Positions 41,364-52,686 of a stretch of 62,970 nt of DNA are shown piece after piece. Made by a program: the position numbers and the translations under genes. The notes below the pieces were generated by a model that was given only the letters and a program-made list of their open reading frames with translations, was not told where the DNA came from and searched no databases. Numbering within the stretch: position 1 is the stretch's first letter; each line of letters begins with the position of its first letter. Source of the DNA: Calditrichaceae bacterium (GTDB lineage Bacteria; Calditrichota; Calditrichia; Calditrichales; JBFXGD01); NCBI GenBank assembly GCA_050173015.1, contig JBFXLE010000026.1, positions 1 through 62,970 on the forward strand, read 5' to 3'.

Positions 41364-42086
41364 TCACCCCTGCACTTTGGTCCCAATTGGTTCGCCAAGA
41401 ACTACCTTTTTTAAATTGTCAGGTTTATCAAAATTGAATACGATTATCGGCAAATGATTATCCATCGAGAGAGTAATCGCTGTCGTATCCATCACCTTTA
41501 AACCTTTATTTACAATATCAAGGTATCTCAGATTATCGAATTTGACCGCATCTTTAACTTTTTCAGGATCAGCGTCAAAAACACCATCTACCCGGGTGCC
41601 TTTTAGAATCACGTCTGCCTTTATTTCAACAGCGCGAAGCACAGCTGCAGTATCTGTGGTAAAATATGGGTTCCCTGTTCCGGCTCCAAATATTACAACC
41701 CGGCCTTTTTCCAGGTGACGGATTGCTTTCCTGCGTATAAACGGTTCGGCGAATTCCTGCATATCCACAGCGGTCATGACCCGCGTAAAGATACCCTTTC
41801 TTTCGAGAGCATCCTGCAATGCCAGAGCATTAATCACTGTCGCCAGCATTCCCATGTGATCGGCAGTTACCCTGTCCATGGTTTTCGCGTTCTCGGAAAT
41901 ACCGCGGAATATATTTCCTCCGCCAATAACAATTCCAAGTTCGACTCCAAGTTCATGAATCTTTTGAACTTCCGTAGAAAAAATATCCAGAATCCCGGCA
42001 TCAATTCCTGATTTATGTTCACCGGCTAAAGATTCACCGCTCAATTTCAGTAAAATTCTTTTGTATCTTGGAGCAAGTCCTGACAA
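41364..42086 (-). CDS. pyrH: UMP kinase
   Basis: [33 protein letters not shown]. Confidence 0.98.
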   Translation of the reverse strand: MSGLAPRYKRILLKLSGESLAGEHKSGIDAGILDIFSTEVQKIHELGVELGIVIGGGNIFRGISENAKTMDRVTADHMGMLATVINALALQDALERKGIFTRVMTAVDMQEFAEPFIRRKAIRHLEKGRVVIFGAGTGNPYFTTDTAAVLRAVEIKADVILKGTRVDGVFDADPEKVKDAVKFDNLRYLDIVNKGLKVMDTTAITLSMDNHLPIIVFNFDKPDNLKKVVLGEPIGTKVQG

Positions 42087-42088
42087 AA

Positions 42089-42685
42089 TTATTCTCCGAT
42101 TCGGAATCGCGCAAACTGTTTTATAGTTACATTTTCCCCAACTTTCGCAACTGTCTCAGCAATCAAATCCTGGATTGTTTTGTTGGGATCTTTCACATAG
42201 GGCTGCTCTAAAAGACAAACTTCTGTATAGTATTTTTCCAGTTTTCCCATTGCAATTTTTTCAAGAATATTCTCAGGTTTTCCCTGATCTTTTGCCTGAT
42301 CTTTATAAATTTCCAACTCTTTGTTTATGGTATTCTGGTCCAACTGTTCACGACGCACAACAAGAGGATTTGAGGCCGCTACATGCATTGCCAGATTGCG
42401 GGCAAAACTTTTAAAATCATCTGTATTGGCGACAAAATCCGTTTCACAGTTTACTTCCACAAGCACACCCAACTTACTACCCGGGTGAATATATGACTCC
42501 ACAATCCCTTCTTTGACTTCGCGGTCCGCTCTTTTGGCGGCTTTCGCTATACCCTTTTTGCGCAGAAAATCCATCGCTTTTTCCATATCACCGCCGGATT
42601 CCGTAAGCGCGTTTTTACAATCCATCATGCCGGCGCCGGTTTTATCGCGCAATTCTTTAACCAATGCTGCAGTTATTTCAGCCAT
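42089..42685 (-). CDS. tsf: Elongation factor Ts (short 198-aa form)
   Basis: [26 protein letters not shown]. Confidence 0.98.
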   Translation of the reverse strand: MAEITAALVKELRDKTGAGMMDCKNALTESGGDMEKAMDFLRKKGIAKAAKRADREVKEGIVESYIHPGSKLGVLVEVNCETDFVANTDDFKSFARNLAMHVAASNPLVVRREQLDQNTINKELEIYKDQAKDQGKPENILEKIAMGKLEKYYTEVCLLEQPYVKDPNKTIQDLIAETVAKVGENVTIKQFARFRIGE

Positions 42686-42689
42686 TATA

Positions 42690-43541
42690 TTACTCCTTAC
42701 CGGTATCTTTATCTTCGCCCGGTTCTCTTTTAATCTCTTTTTTTGGTTCTTTTCTTACTTTTGTCGCTCTTTTTTCGGGTCTGTCAGCTTTTTCGGTCTT
42801 TTCAGCCAACTCTACTTTTTCTGCCTTTACGGCTTCATTCAGAGCCTTTTCTTCATTCGATTTTTGCTTCGATTCAGCTATGGCATCCGCAATTTTGCTG
42901 ACAATCAAGCTTATGCTTTTTGCAGCGTCGTCATTTGCAGGAATCGGATAATCAATAACGGTTGGATCCGAATTGGTATCAACCATGGCAAACAGTGGAA
43001 TATTCATTTTACGAGCTTCATTTACAGCAATATGCTCTTTTTTCGTATCAACAATAAAAATTGCTCCCGGAAGACGCTTCATTTCTTCAATGCCGCTGAG
43101 CACAGCGTACAATTTTTCTTTCTCCCGATCGATATTCAGACGTTCCTTCTTCGAAATTTTCTCGTAGGTACCGTCTGTCCCCATTTTATCCAGATTCTTA
43201 TAATGTTTAATTGATTTTTTGATAGTGGTGAAATTGGTAAGCATTCCTCCAAGCCAGCGATGCGTCACGTAGAACTGATTACAACGATTAGCTTCCGCCA
43301 CAATTATTTCCTTGGCCTGTAATTTTGTTCCTACAAACAGAACATCATATCCATCAGCCACAATCTTTTTTATGGCTTCGATGGCCTTGTCCAGGCTACT
43401 CTGTGTCTTTTTTAAATCGATAATGTGAATCCCATTCTTTTGCATGAAAATAAATTCTTTCATCTTGGGATCCCAGCGGCGGGTTAAATGGCCAAAATGC
43501 GCACCAGAGGATAACAACTGCTCTAATGTTGCTGCAGGCAT
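42690..43541 (-). CDS. rpsB: 30S ribosomal protein S2
   Basis: [27 protein letters not shown]. Confidence 0.98.
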   Translation of the reverse strand: MPAATLEQLLSSGAHFGHLTRRWDPKMKEFIFMQKNGIHIIDLKKTQSSLDKAIEAIKKIVADGYDVLFVGTKLQAKEIIVAEANRCNQFYVTHRWLGGMLTNFTTIKKSIKHYKNLDKMGTDGTYEKISKKERLNIDREKEKLYAVLSGIEEMKRLPGAIFIVDTKKEHIAVNEARKMNIPLFAMVDTNSDPTVIDYPIPANDDAAKSISLIVSKIADAIAESKQKSNEEKALNEAVKAEKVELAEKTEKADRPEKRATKVRKEPKKEIKREPGEDKDTGKE

Positions 43542-43553
43542 AATAATCTCCTT

Positions 43554-43639
43554 AGTTTGGGTTAATCCTCCACCGACCTCTTAATCCTCTTCAATCCATA
43601 GTTTTATGGACACCCGAAGGGAGAACAATCGGTGTGTGT
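43554..43639 (-). ncRNA. rpsB leader (t44-like S2 autoregulatory RNA)
   Basis: Minus strand acacacacc...cgggtg...gtggaggattaacccaaac matches the ACACAC / GGGU / GUGGAGG..UAACCC elements of the rpsB leader, directly upstream of rpsB. Confidence 0.75.
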
Positions 43640-43727
43640 TATTAATTTCAGTTTATTTTATAAATGCACGGATTTCACGTGCTGCTGCTGATGTAAAAAA
43701 ACAGCTAAAATCTTTATTCGTTTTCGA

Positions 43728-44117
43728 TTAACGTTTTGAGAACTGATAACGTTTGCGGGCTTTTGCCAGTCCGTATTTCTTTCTTTCCTTCTCTCTTGGA
43801 TCACGAGTAAGAAAACCACCACGTCTTAGTTCAGAACGATAGTCTTCACTGTAAACTAACAGAGCTCTTGAGATTCCAAGCCGGACCGCGCCAGCTTGTC
43901 CGCTCAATCCGCCGCCGTTGACGTTTACATTAAAATCAAATTTATCCGTGTTCTCGGTGAGCTCGAGTGGTTGCATGATATCCATTTTCAGCGTTTCACG
44001 CTTAAAAAATTCAATCAGGTCTTTGCCGTTAACGATTATCTTTCCGCTACCCGGCGTCATTCTCACACGAGCAACAGCCGCTTTCCGACGGCCTACTGCA
44101 GAGTAAACTTCCATCAA
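43728..44117 (-). CDS. rpsI: 30S ribosomal protein S9
   Basis: GRRK, GGG.SGQAGA, ERKKYGL.KARK..QFSKR. Confidence 0.98.
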   Translation of the reverse strand: MMEVYSAVGRRKAAVARVRMTPGSGKIIVNGKDLIEFFKRETLKMDIMQPLELTENTDKFDFNVNVNGGGLSGQAGAVRLGISRALLVYSEDYRSELRRGGFLTRDPREKERKKYGLAKARKRYQFSKR

Positions 44118-44134
44118 AGACTTCTCCTGCTATA

Positions 44135-44572
44135 TTAATTCATTTTAAGTTCTGTGGGCTGCTGAGCTTTATGCGGATGCTCAACTCCCGCATACACTTT
44201 CAGCTTTTTCATCATTTGTCTGCCAAGCGCGTTTTTCGGCAGCATTCTCTTGACGGCATTTTCAATCACACGTTCAGGATGATTCTGTAACATCAGCGCT
44301 ATGGTTGTGATGGTTTGTCCGCCCGGATATCCTGAATGACGAAAATATGTTTTGTTCAATATTTTTTTTCCGGTCAATTTTACCTTCTCGGCATTAACCA
44401 CAACAATAAAATCACCGGTATCCTGATGAGGTGAATAAATCGGCTTATTTTTTCCACGTAAGATATGCGCAATCTGACTTGCCATTCTGCCAAGAACCTG
44501 ATTTTCTGCATCAATAATATACCAACGCTTTGAATCTTCAACCTCATTCTCTCGCGCAATATATGTTTTCAA
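44135..44572 (-). CDS. rplM: 50S ribosomal protein L13
   Basis: WYIIDA..LGR, GKNKP, HSGYPGG, MLPK, HPH.AQ. Confidence 0.98.
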   Translation of the reverse strand: MKTYIARENEVEDSKRWYIIDAENQVLGRMASQIAHILRGKNKPIYSPHQDTGDFIVVVNAEKVKLTGKKILNKTYFRHSGYPGGQTITTIALMLQNHPERVIENAVKRMLPKNALGRQMMKKLKVYAGVEHPHKAQQPTELKMN

Positions 44573-44618
44573 GACTAACCTCCTGATCTAAATCTAAAAT
44601 TTTAAAAGACGAATTGCG

Positions 44619-44647
44619 AATATAACATGAAACAACTGAACAGTCAA
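44619..44647 (-). promoter_or_regulatory. Sigma70-type promoter of the rplM operon
   Basis: Minus strand TTGACT-17 nt-TATATT with extended TG. Confidence 0.65.
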
Positions 44648-44778
44648 GTATTTTGTGTTGGTTTTATTCTATTTAATAAAGAAAATTTTTTCGAAATACG
44701 CCGTCGTATTATTATAAAAAACCTGATCCCCGCATAGACTAAATATGAACACCTTTTTAGATAAATTCAATTAAATAC

Positions 44779-44807
44779 AAAAAAAGGCGGTCCGGGAGGA
44801 CCGCCTG
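44779..44807 (-). terminator. Rho-independent terminator of the fad operon
   Basis: aggcggtcc-ggga-ggaccgcct hairpin with U-tract on the minus strand. Confidence 0.88.
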
Positions 44808-44812
44808 TAGAT

Positions 44813-47149
44813 TTAATTTCTCAAAGGTCTTCCTGTTTTCAGCATATGCGCCATTCTATCCTGACTGAGTTTGTCACCGCACAAACTGACAAATGCTTCC
44901 CGTTCCAGATCAAGAAGATATTGTTCGCTTACCGGTTTCACGGTTGACGCCCTGGATCCTCCTGTTAAAACATAGGACAATTTTTCACCAATCAGTTTGT
45001 CGTGTTCGCTAATCACCCCTTGTTTAACAAAATTGCTGAGTCCGTCCTTTAGAACAAGAAAACCGTCTTCTCCCGGCAAAATGATATCTTTTCTCTCTTC
45101 GGGAGCTTTATAATCCTCTGCAATCTTAATAACCGTCTGCTTCGCTTCATAAATCAGGTGTTCGGGATTAATTACGATTGTATCGCTTTTTTTCAAGTAT
45201 CCGAAGGCCACGGCTTCTTTTGCTGAAGATGAAACCTTTGCAAAACCAATAGTTTCAAACGCTTTTTGTACAGGTGGAAATGGGCCGGATCTGCCTTTAG
45301 CCATCGAATCCATAAAATTCAGCAAGATCCGCAGATTGCCTCCAGCGCCCGGAATGAGCCCGACACCAACTTCAACGGCCCCGCAATATAACTCGGCGGA
45401 TGCCACTATTTGATCAGCGCAGGCCGCAATTTCGAAACCGCCGCCGAGCGTTATATTAAAAGGTACACTCACAACGGGAAAGTTTGAAAACTTCATGGCC
45501 TGTGTTAAATCCTGCAGCGTTTTGCTGATCATATCCAGAGCTTTCCATTGCTTTGCCTTGCTCAGTTCCAGAATCATTTGCAAATTTGCGCCCGCTGAAA
45601 AATTCGGACCCTGGCTACCGATCACTAATCCCTTGAACCCGTATTTAGGAACGGCTTGCAAAGACTCAGCCATCATGTCCATAATTGATCCGTCGACCGG
45701 ATTCATGGCCGGCTGGAGCACGCTGTGAAAATCCAAATATCCTACACCGTCACCAATATCGTAGATGCTCGCGCACCAATTTTTTTTCTTGCGTAAACCT
45801 TGTAATGTCGGTTTAACCAGCTTTTTAGAGACGGGAACTTGTTCATAGGAACCCTTCGGTATTGAATAGAACCATTCCTTTTTTCCCTTTGTTTCATAGA
45901 ATGATTCATAGCCGTTTTTCATCATCTCCTTTATCCACGCCGGGATTGTCTTACCCTGAGATTCCATGCGTTTAACGGATCTCTCCAGACCAATCGCGTC
46001 CCAACATTCAAACGGTCCAAGCTCCCAGCCGAAGCCCCAGCGCAGCGCTCTGTCGATATTAACAACATCATCAGCAATTTCTGGAATCCTGTTCGCGGAA
46101 TAGATCAATGTGCTGGAGAGTAATTCCCAGAGAAACTCGCCGGCCTTGTCATCGCTGTAAACCAACTCTCTAATTTTTTCTGCCGTTGTCGTATAGGATT
46201 TGGCGTTTTTATAGCTTGAAAACCTGACCGGTTTCTGCGGTCCGAATTCAAGCGTATCTAAGTTAAGAGATAAGATATTCTTACCTTCTTTCTTATAGAA
46301 TCCGACGCCTGTTTTTTGCCCAAACCAACCGTTTTCAAGCATCTTCTGCAAATAATCAGGGATTTTAAACAGATCACGCTGTTCGTCTTCCGGACATTTT
46401 TCATATGATGATGTAGAGACATGCGCCAGCGTGTCTAATCCAACGACATCCGCGGTTCTGAAAGTCGCGCTCTTTGGGCGTCCAAGAATTGGCCCGGTCA
46501 GTTTATCCACCTCTTCTACCGATAATCCCGTTTTTATCGCCAGATCCATGGTAAGCATCATACCGTAAACACCGATCCTGTTCGCGATAAAATTCGTGGT
46601 GTCTTTCGCGTAAACAATGCCCTTACCAAGCGTGTTTTCACAAAAATCCGCGACAGCGTTCAGTGTATCCGGTCTGGTATCCGGACCCGGTATTATTTCA
46701 AGAAGACGCATATATCTTGGAGGATTGAAAAAATGGGTCACTAAAAAATTTTGTTTGAATTCATCTTTCCGGCCTGCCAGCATATCCGAAATCAACAAAC
46801 CTGACGTATTCGAACTAATGATGGCGCCTCTTTTCAGCACCGGTTCAATCCGCTCAAACAGAGCTTGTTTCCAGTCAAGACGTTCAGCGATCACTTCAAT
46901 CACCCAATCGGCCTCCGCCATTAATTTCAGATGATCATCATAATTACAGCATTTTATCAAACCGGCGGTCTTAGGATTGTAAAAAGGGGCCGGCTTTAGC
47001 TTCAATGCCGTGGCCAGTCCTTTTTCCGCCAGCTCCTGATTCATGTCAAACAGTAAGGATGGAATGCCGGCATTGGACAAATGAGCCGCTATCTGGCTGC
47101 CCATTACACCCGCACCCAGAACAGCCACTTTTTTGATTTTGTTTTCCAT
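44813..47149 (-). CDS. fadN: 3-hydroxyacyl-CoA dehydrogenase/enoyl-CoA hydratase (FadN-type)
   Basis: GAGVMG, SNTSG, HFFNPPRYM, FSAGANL, GGG.E, EVGVGLIPGAGG, TGRPLRN; start MENKIK. Confidence 0.9.
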   Translation of the reverse strand: MENKIKKVAVLGAGVMGSQIAAHLSNAGIPSLLFDMNQELAEKGLATALKLKPAPFYNPKTAGLIKCCNYDDHLKLMAEADWVIEVIAERLDWKQALFERIEPVLKRGAIISSNTSGLLISDMLAGRKDEFKQNFLVTHFFNPPRYMRLLEIIPGPDTRPDTLNAVADFCENTLGKGIVYAKDTTNFIANRIGVYGMMLTMDLAIKTGLSVEEVDKLTGPILGRPKSATFRTADVVGLDTLAHVSTSSYEKCPEDEQRDLFKIPDYLQKMLENGWFGQKTGVGFYKKEGKNILSLNLDTLEFGPQKPVRFSSYKNAKSYTTTAEKIRELVYSDDKAGEFLWELLSSTLIYSANRIPEIADDVVNIDRALRWGFGWELGPFECWDAIGLERSVKRMESQGKTIPAWIKEMMKNGYESFYETKGKKEWFYSIPKGSYEQVPVSKKLVKPTLQGLRKKKNWCASIYDIGDGVGYLDFHSVLQPAMNPVDGSIMDMMAESLQAVPKYGFKGLVIGSQGPNFSAGANLQMILELSKAKQWKALDMISKTLQDLTQAMKFSNFPVVSVPFNITLGGGFEIAACADQIVASAELYCGAVEVGVGLIPGAGGNLRILLNFMDSMAKGRSGPFPPVQKAFETIGFAKVSSSAKEAVAFGYLKKSDTIVINPEHLIYEAKQTVIKIAEDYKAPEERKDIILPGEDGFLVLKDGLSNFVKQGVISEHDKLIGEKLSYVLTGGSRASTVKPVSEQYLLDLEREAFVSLCGDKLSQDRMAHMLKTGRPLRN

Positions 47150-47160
47150 GTCTGCTCCCC

Positions 47161-48297
47161 CTACATTCGTTCGATGACGGTTGCAATTCCCTGTCCGGTT
47201 CCGATGCACATGGTGGCCAGACCATATTTACCATTGTTCTGTTCCATCACATTTAACAAGGTCGTGAGTATGCGCGCTCCTGAACAACCCAGAGGGTGAC
47301 CCAAAGCTATTGCTCCGCCATGAAGATTAATTTTCTCCATCGGCCATCCGGTTTTTTTGATTACGTATAATGACTGGGCCGCAAACGCTTCATTCAATTC
47401 AATAAAATCGATATCCTTTATTGACATTCCGGCCTTTTTCAGAGCTTTTTCACTGGCGGGGATTGGGCCTTTTCCCATTAACTCCCATTCAACTCCGGCC
47501 ACTGCTCTGGATATGATTCTTGCTCTTGGCTTTAGATCCAGTTTTTTTGCGAGTGTATTACTCATCACCAGAACCGCGGCAGCCCCCATTGTGATTGGAC
47601 TTGAAGTTGCTGCCGTAATGGATCCATCCTTCAAAAACACCGGCTTTAGTGATTTTATTTTTTCCACATTTGGCTCACGCGGGCCTTCATCTGTATCGAT
47701 GGTCACACCATTGAATTCAACCGGTACAATTTCATTTTTAAACTTCTTATCAGTTATCGCTTTAAGCGCTTTTTTATGGGATGCCACTGAGAACTCTTCC
47801 TGTTCTTCTCTCGGAATTTTTAATTCATTCGCTAAATTTTCAGCTGTCTCGCCCATTCCCATATAAAAATTCTGTTTTGCCAGTTCAGGGTGGAAGCTGG
47901 GATTGTAACCGCCCATTGGCACTGAAAACATATCTTCGGTTCCGACGGCAAGCCCGCATTCTATATCACCGGCCAGAATAGCCTGATTAATCTGATGAAC
48001 AGAATCCATGGAAGATCCGCAAAAACGGTTTACAACTTTGGCGCCTGCTTCAATCGGTAATCCTGCAAGAACTGACACACCTCTGGCCATCAGCATTCCC
48101 TGAGAACCTTCCGGAAAAGCGCATCCCAATACCACATCTTCAATTTTTTCAGATGGAAAACCCGGATTTCTTTTCAACAAGGCTTTGATCACCTGTGCGC
48201 TTAATTCATCGGCGCGCATCCCGATCATTTTACCGTTTTTTACACCAATCGGACTGCGGACCGCGTCCACAATCACCGCATATCTTTCTTCAGCCAT
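47161..48297 (-). CDS. fadA: Acetyl-CoA C-acyltransferase (thiolase)
   Basis: NRFCGSS, ELNEAFA, GGAIALGHPLG, MCIG.GQG. Confidence 0.93.
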   Translation of the reverse strand: MAEERYAVIVDAVRSPIGVKNGKMIGMRADELSAQVIKALLKRNPGFPSEKIEDVVLGCAFPEGSQGMLMARGVSVLAGLPIEAGAKVVNRFCGSSMDSVHQINQAILAGDIECGLAVGTEDMFSVPMGGYNPSFHPELAKQNFYMGMGETAENLANELKIPREEQEEFSVASHKKALKAITDKKFKNEIVPVEFNGVTIDTDEGPREPNVEKIKSLKPVFLKDGSITAATSSPITMGAAAVLVMSNTLAKKLDLKPRARIISRAVAGVEWELMGKGPIPASEKALKKAGMSIKDIDFIELNEAFAAQSLYVIKKTGWPMEKINLHGGAIALGHPLGCSGARILTTLLNVMEQNNGKYGLATMCIGTGQGIATVIERM

Positions 48298-48342
48298 TTT
48301 GATTCTCCTAATTTGTTAATTTTTAAAATCAACACATTATAG

Positions 48343-50109
48343 TTACCAGGAATATTTCCCTTTTTCATACAGACTATCCGCAAGATCACTTTTCAATTGA
48401 AAAAGCCGTGTGCGGAGCTCGGCTCCTTTGGCCAGGATATCGAGATCGGCCAACGCGAGATCAAGCTCATCACCTTCGAGTATCGAGAGTAATGCGATCT
48501 TTGCCTGACTGATAATTTTGTTTACTTTGTCGGCAACACTTATCTTCGCGATCCTGATTCGATCCTGATCCGCGCCTTTTTTCTCAATATAGTAGGTTAC
48601 CCGTGATAAAACGCTGTCCATGACATAAACATCGGTAAACATATCAGCCAGCATTTCACCAAGTTGCTGTTCGTTTCTTAAACCCTGACCATATTTAATG
48701 ATGGACTCATTAAATACATATAATGCGATTGCTTTCACGTACTCCAGCGCTGTCTTTTCCGCATTGAGGATAGTGCTCTTAATATCGGGTTTCTTACCGG
48801 CTAAGAGTGTTTTTAATTCTTTTATTCGATCACGGAAAGGTAATTCTTCAGTCAGTGCTTTTTTGAGAAAATGTCCGGATATAATCTGGCGGTTTATTTC
48901 GTTTGTGCCTTCAAAAATACGATCCACACGTGTGTCTCTGGCTACAGCCGCGAGCGGATATTCTTCGGTATATCCATATCCTCCAAACACCTGAATCCCG
49001 TCATCCGAAGTCAGCCACAACGCTTCGCTTCCATACACTTTAACCATGGACGCCTCTGTGGCAAATGTTTCTATGGCCGATACAATGTGTTTATAATACT
49101 CGGGATCATCCGTGTTGATCTGGCTGATTGAATCATCGATATCACCCACCGTCCTGTACAAGATGCTGTCAAGATCATAAGTGCGGACAATCATGTTGGC
49201 AAATTTTGATTTAATCGCGCCAAATTTAGCTATCGGCTGTCCAAACTGATGACGTTCAAGCGCATATTTTGTTGATTCGTTAATACAGGCTTTACTGGCG
49301 CCAAGATCTGCAGCGCCTAATTTGTATCTGCCGATATTAAGGATATTAAAGGCAATCTGATGCCCTTTACCTATAATTCCGAGGACATTTTCGACCGGTA
49401 CATGTACATCATTCAAAATGACGCTCGCGGTACTTGATCCTTTATACCCCATTTTGACTTCTTCGGGACCGATCTCAACTCCGGGTGTTTCCGTTTCAAC
49501 CAGAAATGCTGTAAAATGCTCCCCATCCACTTTCGCGTAAACGATAACAAGTTTACACCAGGCCGCATTACTGATAAACTGTTTTGTACCATTTAAAATG
49601 TATTCTTTCCCGTCTTCGGTCAGCACAGCGGTTGTCCTGGCGGCAAGAGCGTCGGAGCCTGCCCCGGGTTCGGTCAAACCATAGGCGCTAATCCATTCCC
49701 CGCTGCCCACCTTGGGCAGATACTTCTTTTTTTGCTCTTCGCTGCCAAACAGAACTATCGGTAAAGTACCGATACCTGTATGCGCGGAGAATGTGACTCC
49801 GAAAGATCCGCTTTGTCCCATTGTCACTTTTTCATTAATGATGGTGGATGTAACCTTATCCAGCCCAAGTCCACCATATTCTTCCGGCACATCGACACTC
49901 AACAAACCAAGATCACCCAACTGCTTCATGATAGAACAGGTAAGTTCTCCGTTGAGTTTTTCGATTTCTTTCTTCTTCGGCAAAATCTGTTCAGTGGCAA
50001 ATTCCTCCGTCATCATAGCTATCTCATTCTGTTCCTCGGAAAATTTTTCCCGCGTGAAGATTTCTTCTTCACCAACGGGTTTAATCAAATACATGCCGCC
50101 TGTTTTCAT
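48343..50109 (-). CDS. fadE: Acyl-CoA dehydrogenase (long form)
   Basis: LTEPGAGSDA, GTKQFISN, R.QFGQPI, GGYGY, RIFEGTNEINR. Confidence 0.92.
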   Translation of the reverse strand: MKTGGMYLIKPVGEEEIFTREKFSEEQNEIAMMTEEFATEQILPKKKEIEKLNGELTCSIMKQLGDLGLLSVDVPEEYGGLGLDKVTSTIINEKVTMGQSGSFGVTFSAHTGIGTLPIVLFGSEEQKKKYLPKVGSGEWISAYGLTEPGAGSDALAARTTAVLTEDGKEYILNGTKQFISNAAWCKLVIVYAKVDGEHFTAFLVETETPGVEIGPEEVKMGYKGSSTASVILNDVHVPVENVLGIIGKGHQIAFNILNIGRYKLGAADLGASKACINESTKYALERHQFGQPIAKFGAIKSKFANMIVRTYDLDSILYRTVGDIDDSISQINTDDPEYYKHIVSAIETFATEASMVKVYGSEALWLTSDDGIQVFGGYGYTEEYPLAAVARDTRVDRIFEGTNEINRQIISGHFLKKALTEELPFRDRIKELKTLLAGKKPDIKSTILNAEKTALEYVKAIALYVFNESIIKYGQGLRNEQQLGEMLADMFTDVYVMDSVLSRVTYYIEKKGADQDRIRIAKISVADKVNKIISQAKIALLSILEGDELDLALADLDILAKGAELRTRLFQLKSDLADSLYEKGKYSW

Positions 50110-50155
50110 ATATTTTTCCTCCTGGTGGGTGAATACTTTTTTATAATATAATAAG

Positions 50156-50179
50156 AAATGAATGAATATTCATTCATTT
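50156..50179. promoter_or_regulatory. FadR (YsiA, TetR-family)-type operator
   Basis: Perfect 24-bp palindrome aaatgaatgaatattcattcattt, 47 bp upstream of fadE; matches the TGAATGANTANTCATTCA FadR box. Confidence 0.8.
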
Positions 50180-50502
50180 TTTATAAAAATTTTTTATCCC
50201 TTGTTCCGCATACAAAAATTTCACCGCTTTAATTATCATAAACATTTGTTTTATATATATTTGATCAATCATTGTTTAGTTTGGGCAAAATGTACATTTT
50301 TATTAGAATCAGTATAAATCATCTCCGCAAATCTGATTTCAAATCATCATCACAATTTTATTTATAGCTCGAATCAGAATCAAAATATATTTTTTTTTGA
50401 AAATATCGATTTATTATCACATATTTGACTTTCATGTTATTTGGTAAAATTGTGATATTAATAGTTAAAAATAAATTCGATAATTAAAGTTCCGTTCATC
50501 AT

Positions 50503-51195
50503 ATGAATTTATCATCATTCAGACCTGAATATTTACCAACATTGAAATTTTTTTGGAATGCGGCCCAGTGTGACGTATTGTACTTTACGGATCATTTTCA
50601 ATTTACAAAGAGAACAGCATTGAATATTTCTCCTTGTTTATCAGGAAAAGACAACCGCCTTCGTATTCCGGTAAAACACGATCATGAAACCAGACTTATT
50701 TTTGAAAAAAAAACGGATGATACAATAAATTGGAAACAACGACATTTTAAAACGATCCGGCATGCCTATGCTTCATATCCTTTTTCTTACTTTTATCTTC
50801 CCGAAATTGAAGAATTTTTCAAAAATACTAACGCAATGCTCTCGTCTTTTGTTATTGACTTAAACAGGTTGCTGATCAGGTTTTTATCATTAAATCTTAA
50901 AACTTACAGCGCCTCACAACAGCCTTTGGAAATGAATAATCATAAAGCCATCATATCCTGGTGCAAAACAAATAACGCGGATACCTGCATCAACTCACAG
51001 CACATTTTTGATAATGGCTGGCTGAATAAATCAGAACTTGAATCCGCCGGTATTAAAACTAAACATTTCGCCGATTTTCCCGAGTATAATATTTTTCGGA
51101 ACTATAAAGAATATTCAATTTTAAAGTTTATTTTACAATACGGTCCGGAAGCCGGTTATATGATAAAACAGTATTTACCCGGAAAACATACTTAA
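50503..51195 (+). CDS. WbqC-like protein
   Basis: RPEYLP, D.FQF.KR, L.IPV, W...H...I...Y...P pattern. Confidence 0.7.
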   Translation: MNLSSFRPEYLPTLKFFWNAAQCDVLYFTDHFQFTKRTALNISPCLSGKDNRLRIPVKHDHETRLIFEKKTDDTINWKQRHFKTIRHAYASYPFSYFYLPEIEEFFKNTNAMLSSFVIDLNRLLIRFLSLNLKTYSASQQPLEMNNHKAIISWCKTNNADTCINSQHIFDNGWLNKSELESAGIKTKHFADFPEYNIFRNYKEYSILKFILQYGPEAGYMIKQYLPGKHT

Positions 51196-51345
51196 CTTGA
51201 TTTTTTCGGGCGCATTTAGTAATTTTTAGTTTTATGTATTACAAAAAACCGATATGTTGATTGAACACCCATAAACAAGATAATTCTAAATACTTAGCCG
51301 ACAGAATAAAATAGATTGTTGCCAAGAAATCGAAAAAGGTAAAAA

Positions 51346-52089
51346 ATGACGGTTTTTGAAAAACTAATGACTGTTAAGGAACATAAAGGCGCGGGTTATC
51401 TTGTTCTTATCGATCCTGACAAAACAACGATTGACTCATTGCCGGGAATTATTGAAGAAGCCATAACCGCGGGAGTTGACGCTTTTCTTGTTGGTGGCAG
51501 TCTCTTATTGTCCCCGGATTTTGAATCATATCTGAAAACTTTCAAATTATATTCCGGCGATATTCCGGTGATTATTTTTCCCGGTGGGGTCCATCAAATA
51601 TCCGCGCGGGCTGATGCCATTCTCTACTTATCATTGTTAAGCGGAAGAAACGCGCATCATATTATCGGCAGCCAGGTAATTGCGGCTCCGATTATACACA
51701 GATTAAAACTGGAACCCATATCAACCGCCTATTTTTTGATAGAATCCGGGAGAGCTACCTCCGCTGAATTTATGAGCGGAACGACGCCTCTTCCCAGGCA
51801 TAAATCTGAAATCGCGATGGCGCACGCGATAGCGGCCAGCTATATGGGATTTCAGACTATTTACCTTGAAGGCGGGAGCGGAGCTGATTACTGTGTTCCT
51901 GATGAAATAATTTCTGTCATCAGTAAAACAGTGAAAACACCGATAATTGTCGGTGGCGGAATAAGGACGCCGGAAACCGCCGCGGAAAAAGTCGCTGCCG
52001 GGGCTTCTTTTATCGTAACCGGAAACGTCATCGAGCAGAACAATGATCCGGTTCTACTAAAAGCATTTGCCGATGCGATCCACAAATAA
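51346..52089 (+). CDS. Geranylgeranylglyceryl-phosphate synthase family (PcrB/GGGPS)
   Basis: LIDPDK, FLVGGS, IFPG, LLSGRN, YLEGGSGA, VGGGIR, IVTGN. Confidence 0.9.
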   Translation: MTVFEKLMTVKEHKGAGYLVLIDPDKTTIDSLPGIIEEAITAGVDAFLVGGSLLLSPDFESYLKTFKLYSGDIPVIIFPGGVHQISARADAILYLSLLSGRNAHHIIGSQVIAAPIIHRLKLEPISTAYFLIESGRATSAEFMSGTTPLPRHKSEIAMAHAIAASYMGFQTIYLEGGSGADYCVPDEIISVISKTVKTPIIVGGGIRTPETAAEKVAAGASFIVTGNVIEQNNDPVLLKAFADAIHK

Positions 52090-52104
52090 AAGTGACCTCA
52101 TAAA

Positions 52105-52686
52105 ATGAATCATAGCGAATTTATAAGAATACATCTCATAGAAAGCGCCGCCACAAAAGAGCGAATAGCCGACAACTGTACGGAGAATATTTCGCGCGCG
52201 GTTGAATTGATCAAAACCAGTATCACTAACGGCGGGAAAATATTGATTTGCGGAAACGGCGGCAGCGCGGCTGATGCCCAGCATCTCGCGGCCGAATTTA
52301 TAATCCGATTGAATCATGATATCATCCGTCCCGCCATACCCGCGATTGCCTTGACAACTGATACATCCATTCTGACAGCAGGCGGAAATGACATTGGTTT
52401 TAGCAATATTTTTTCCAGGCAGGTAGAGGCCCTTGGAAAAGCCGGCGATATTTTTTTAGGCATTTCTACAAGCGGAAATTCGGAAAACGTGCTGCGCGCC
52501 GCTCTTAAAGCTAAAGAAGCGGGTATGATGACTATTGGTTTTTTAGGAAACGATGGCGGTAAAGCGGCTAAAATATTTGATCATTCTATAAACATCCCCT
52601 CAGACAATACCCAGCACATCCAGGAAGGCCATATCACTGTCGGTCATATCATCTGTGAGTTGATTGAGCGCGATCTATATACCTGA
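52105..52686 (+). CDS. gmhA: Phosphoheptose (sedoheptulose-7-phosphate) isomerase
   Basis: CGNGGSAADAQH, GND, FSRQVEALG, ISTSGNS, HIQE.H. Confidence 0.93.
   Translation: MNHSEFIRIHLIESAATKERIADNCTENISRAVELIKTSITNGGKILICGNGGSAADAQHLAAEFIIRLNHDIIRPAIPAIALTTDTSILTAGGNDIGFSNIFSRQVEALGKAGDIFLGISTSGNSENVLRAALKAKEAGMMTIGFLGNDGGKAAKIFDHSINIPSDNTQHIQEGHITVGHIICELIERDLYT

Noticed and set aside
42513-43214. 233-aa plus-strand ORF
   Set aside because: Antisense to tsf/rpsB with no recognisable motifs
47150-47209. Upstream extension of the fadN ORF
   Set aside because: Overlaps the thiolase 3' end; MENKIK at 47149 has a GGGAG RBS and fits the family N-terminus
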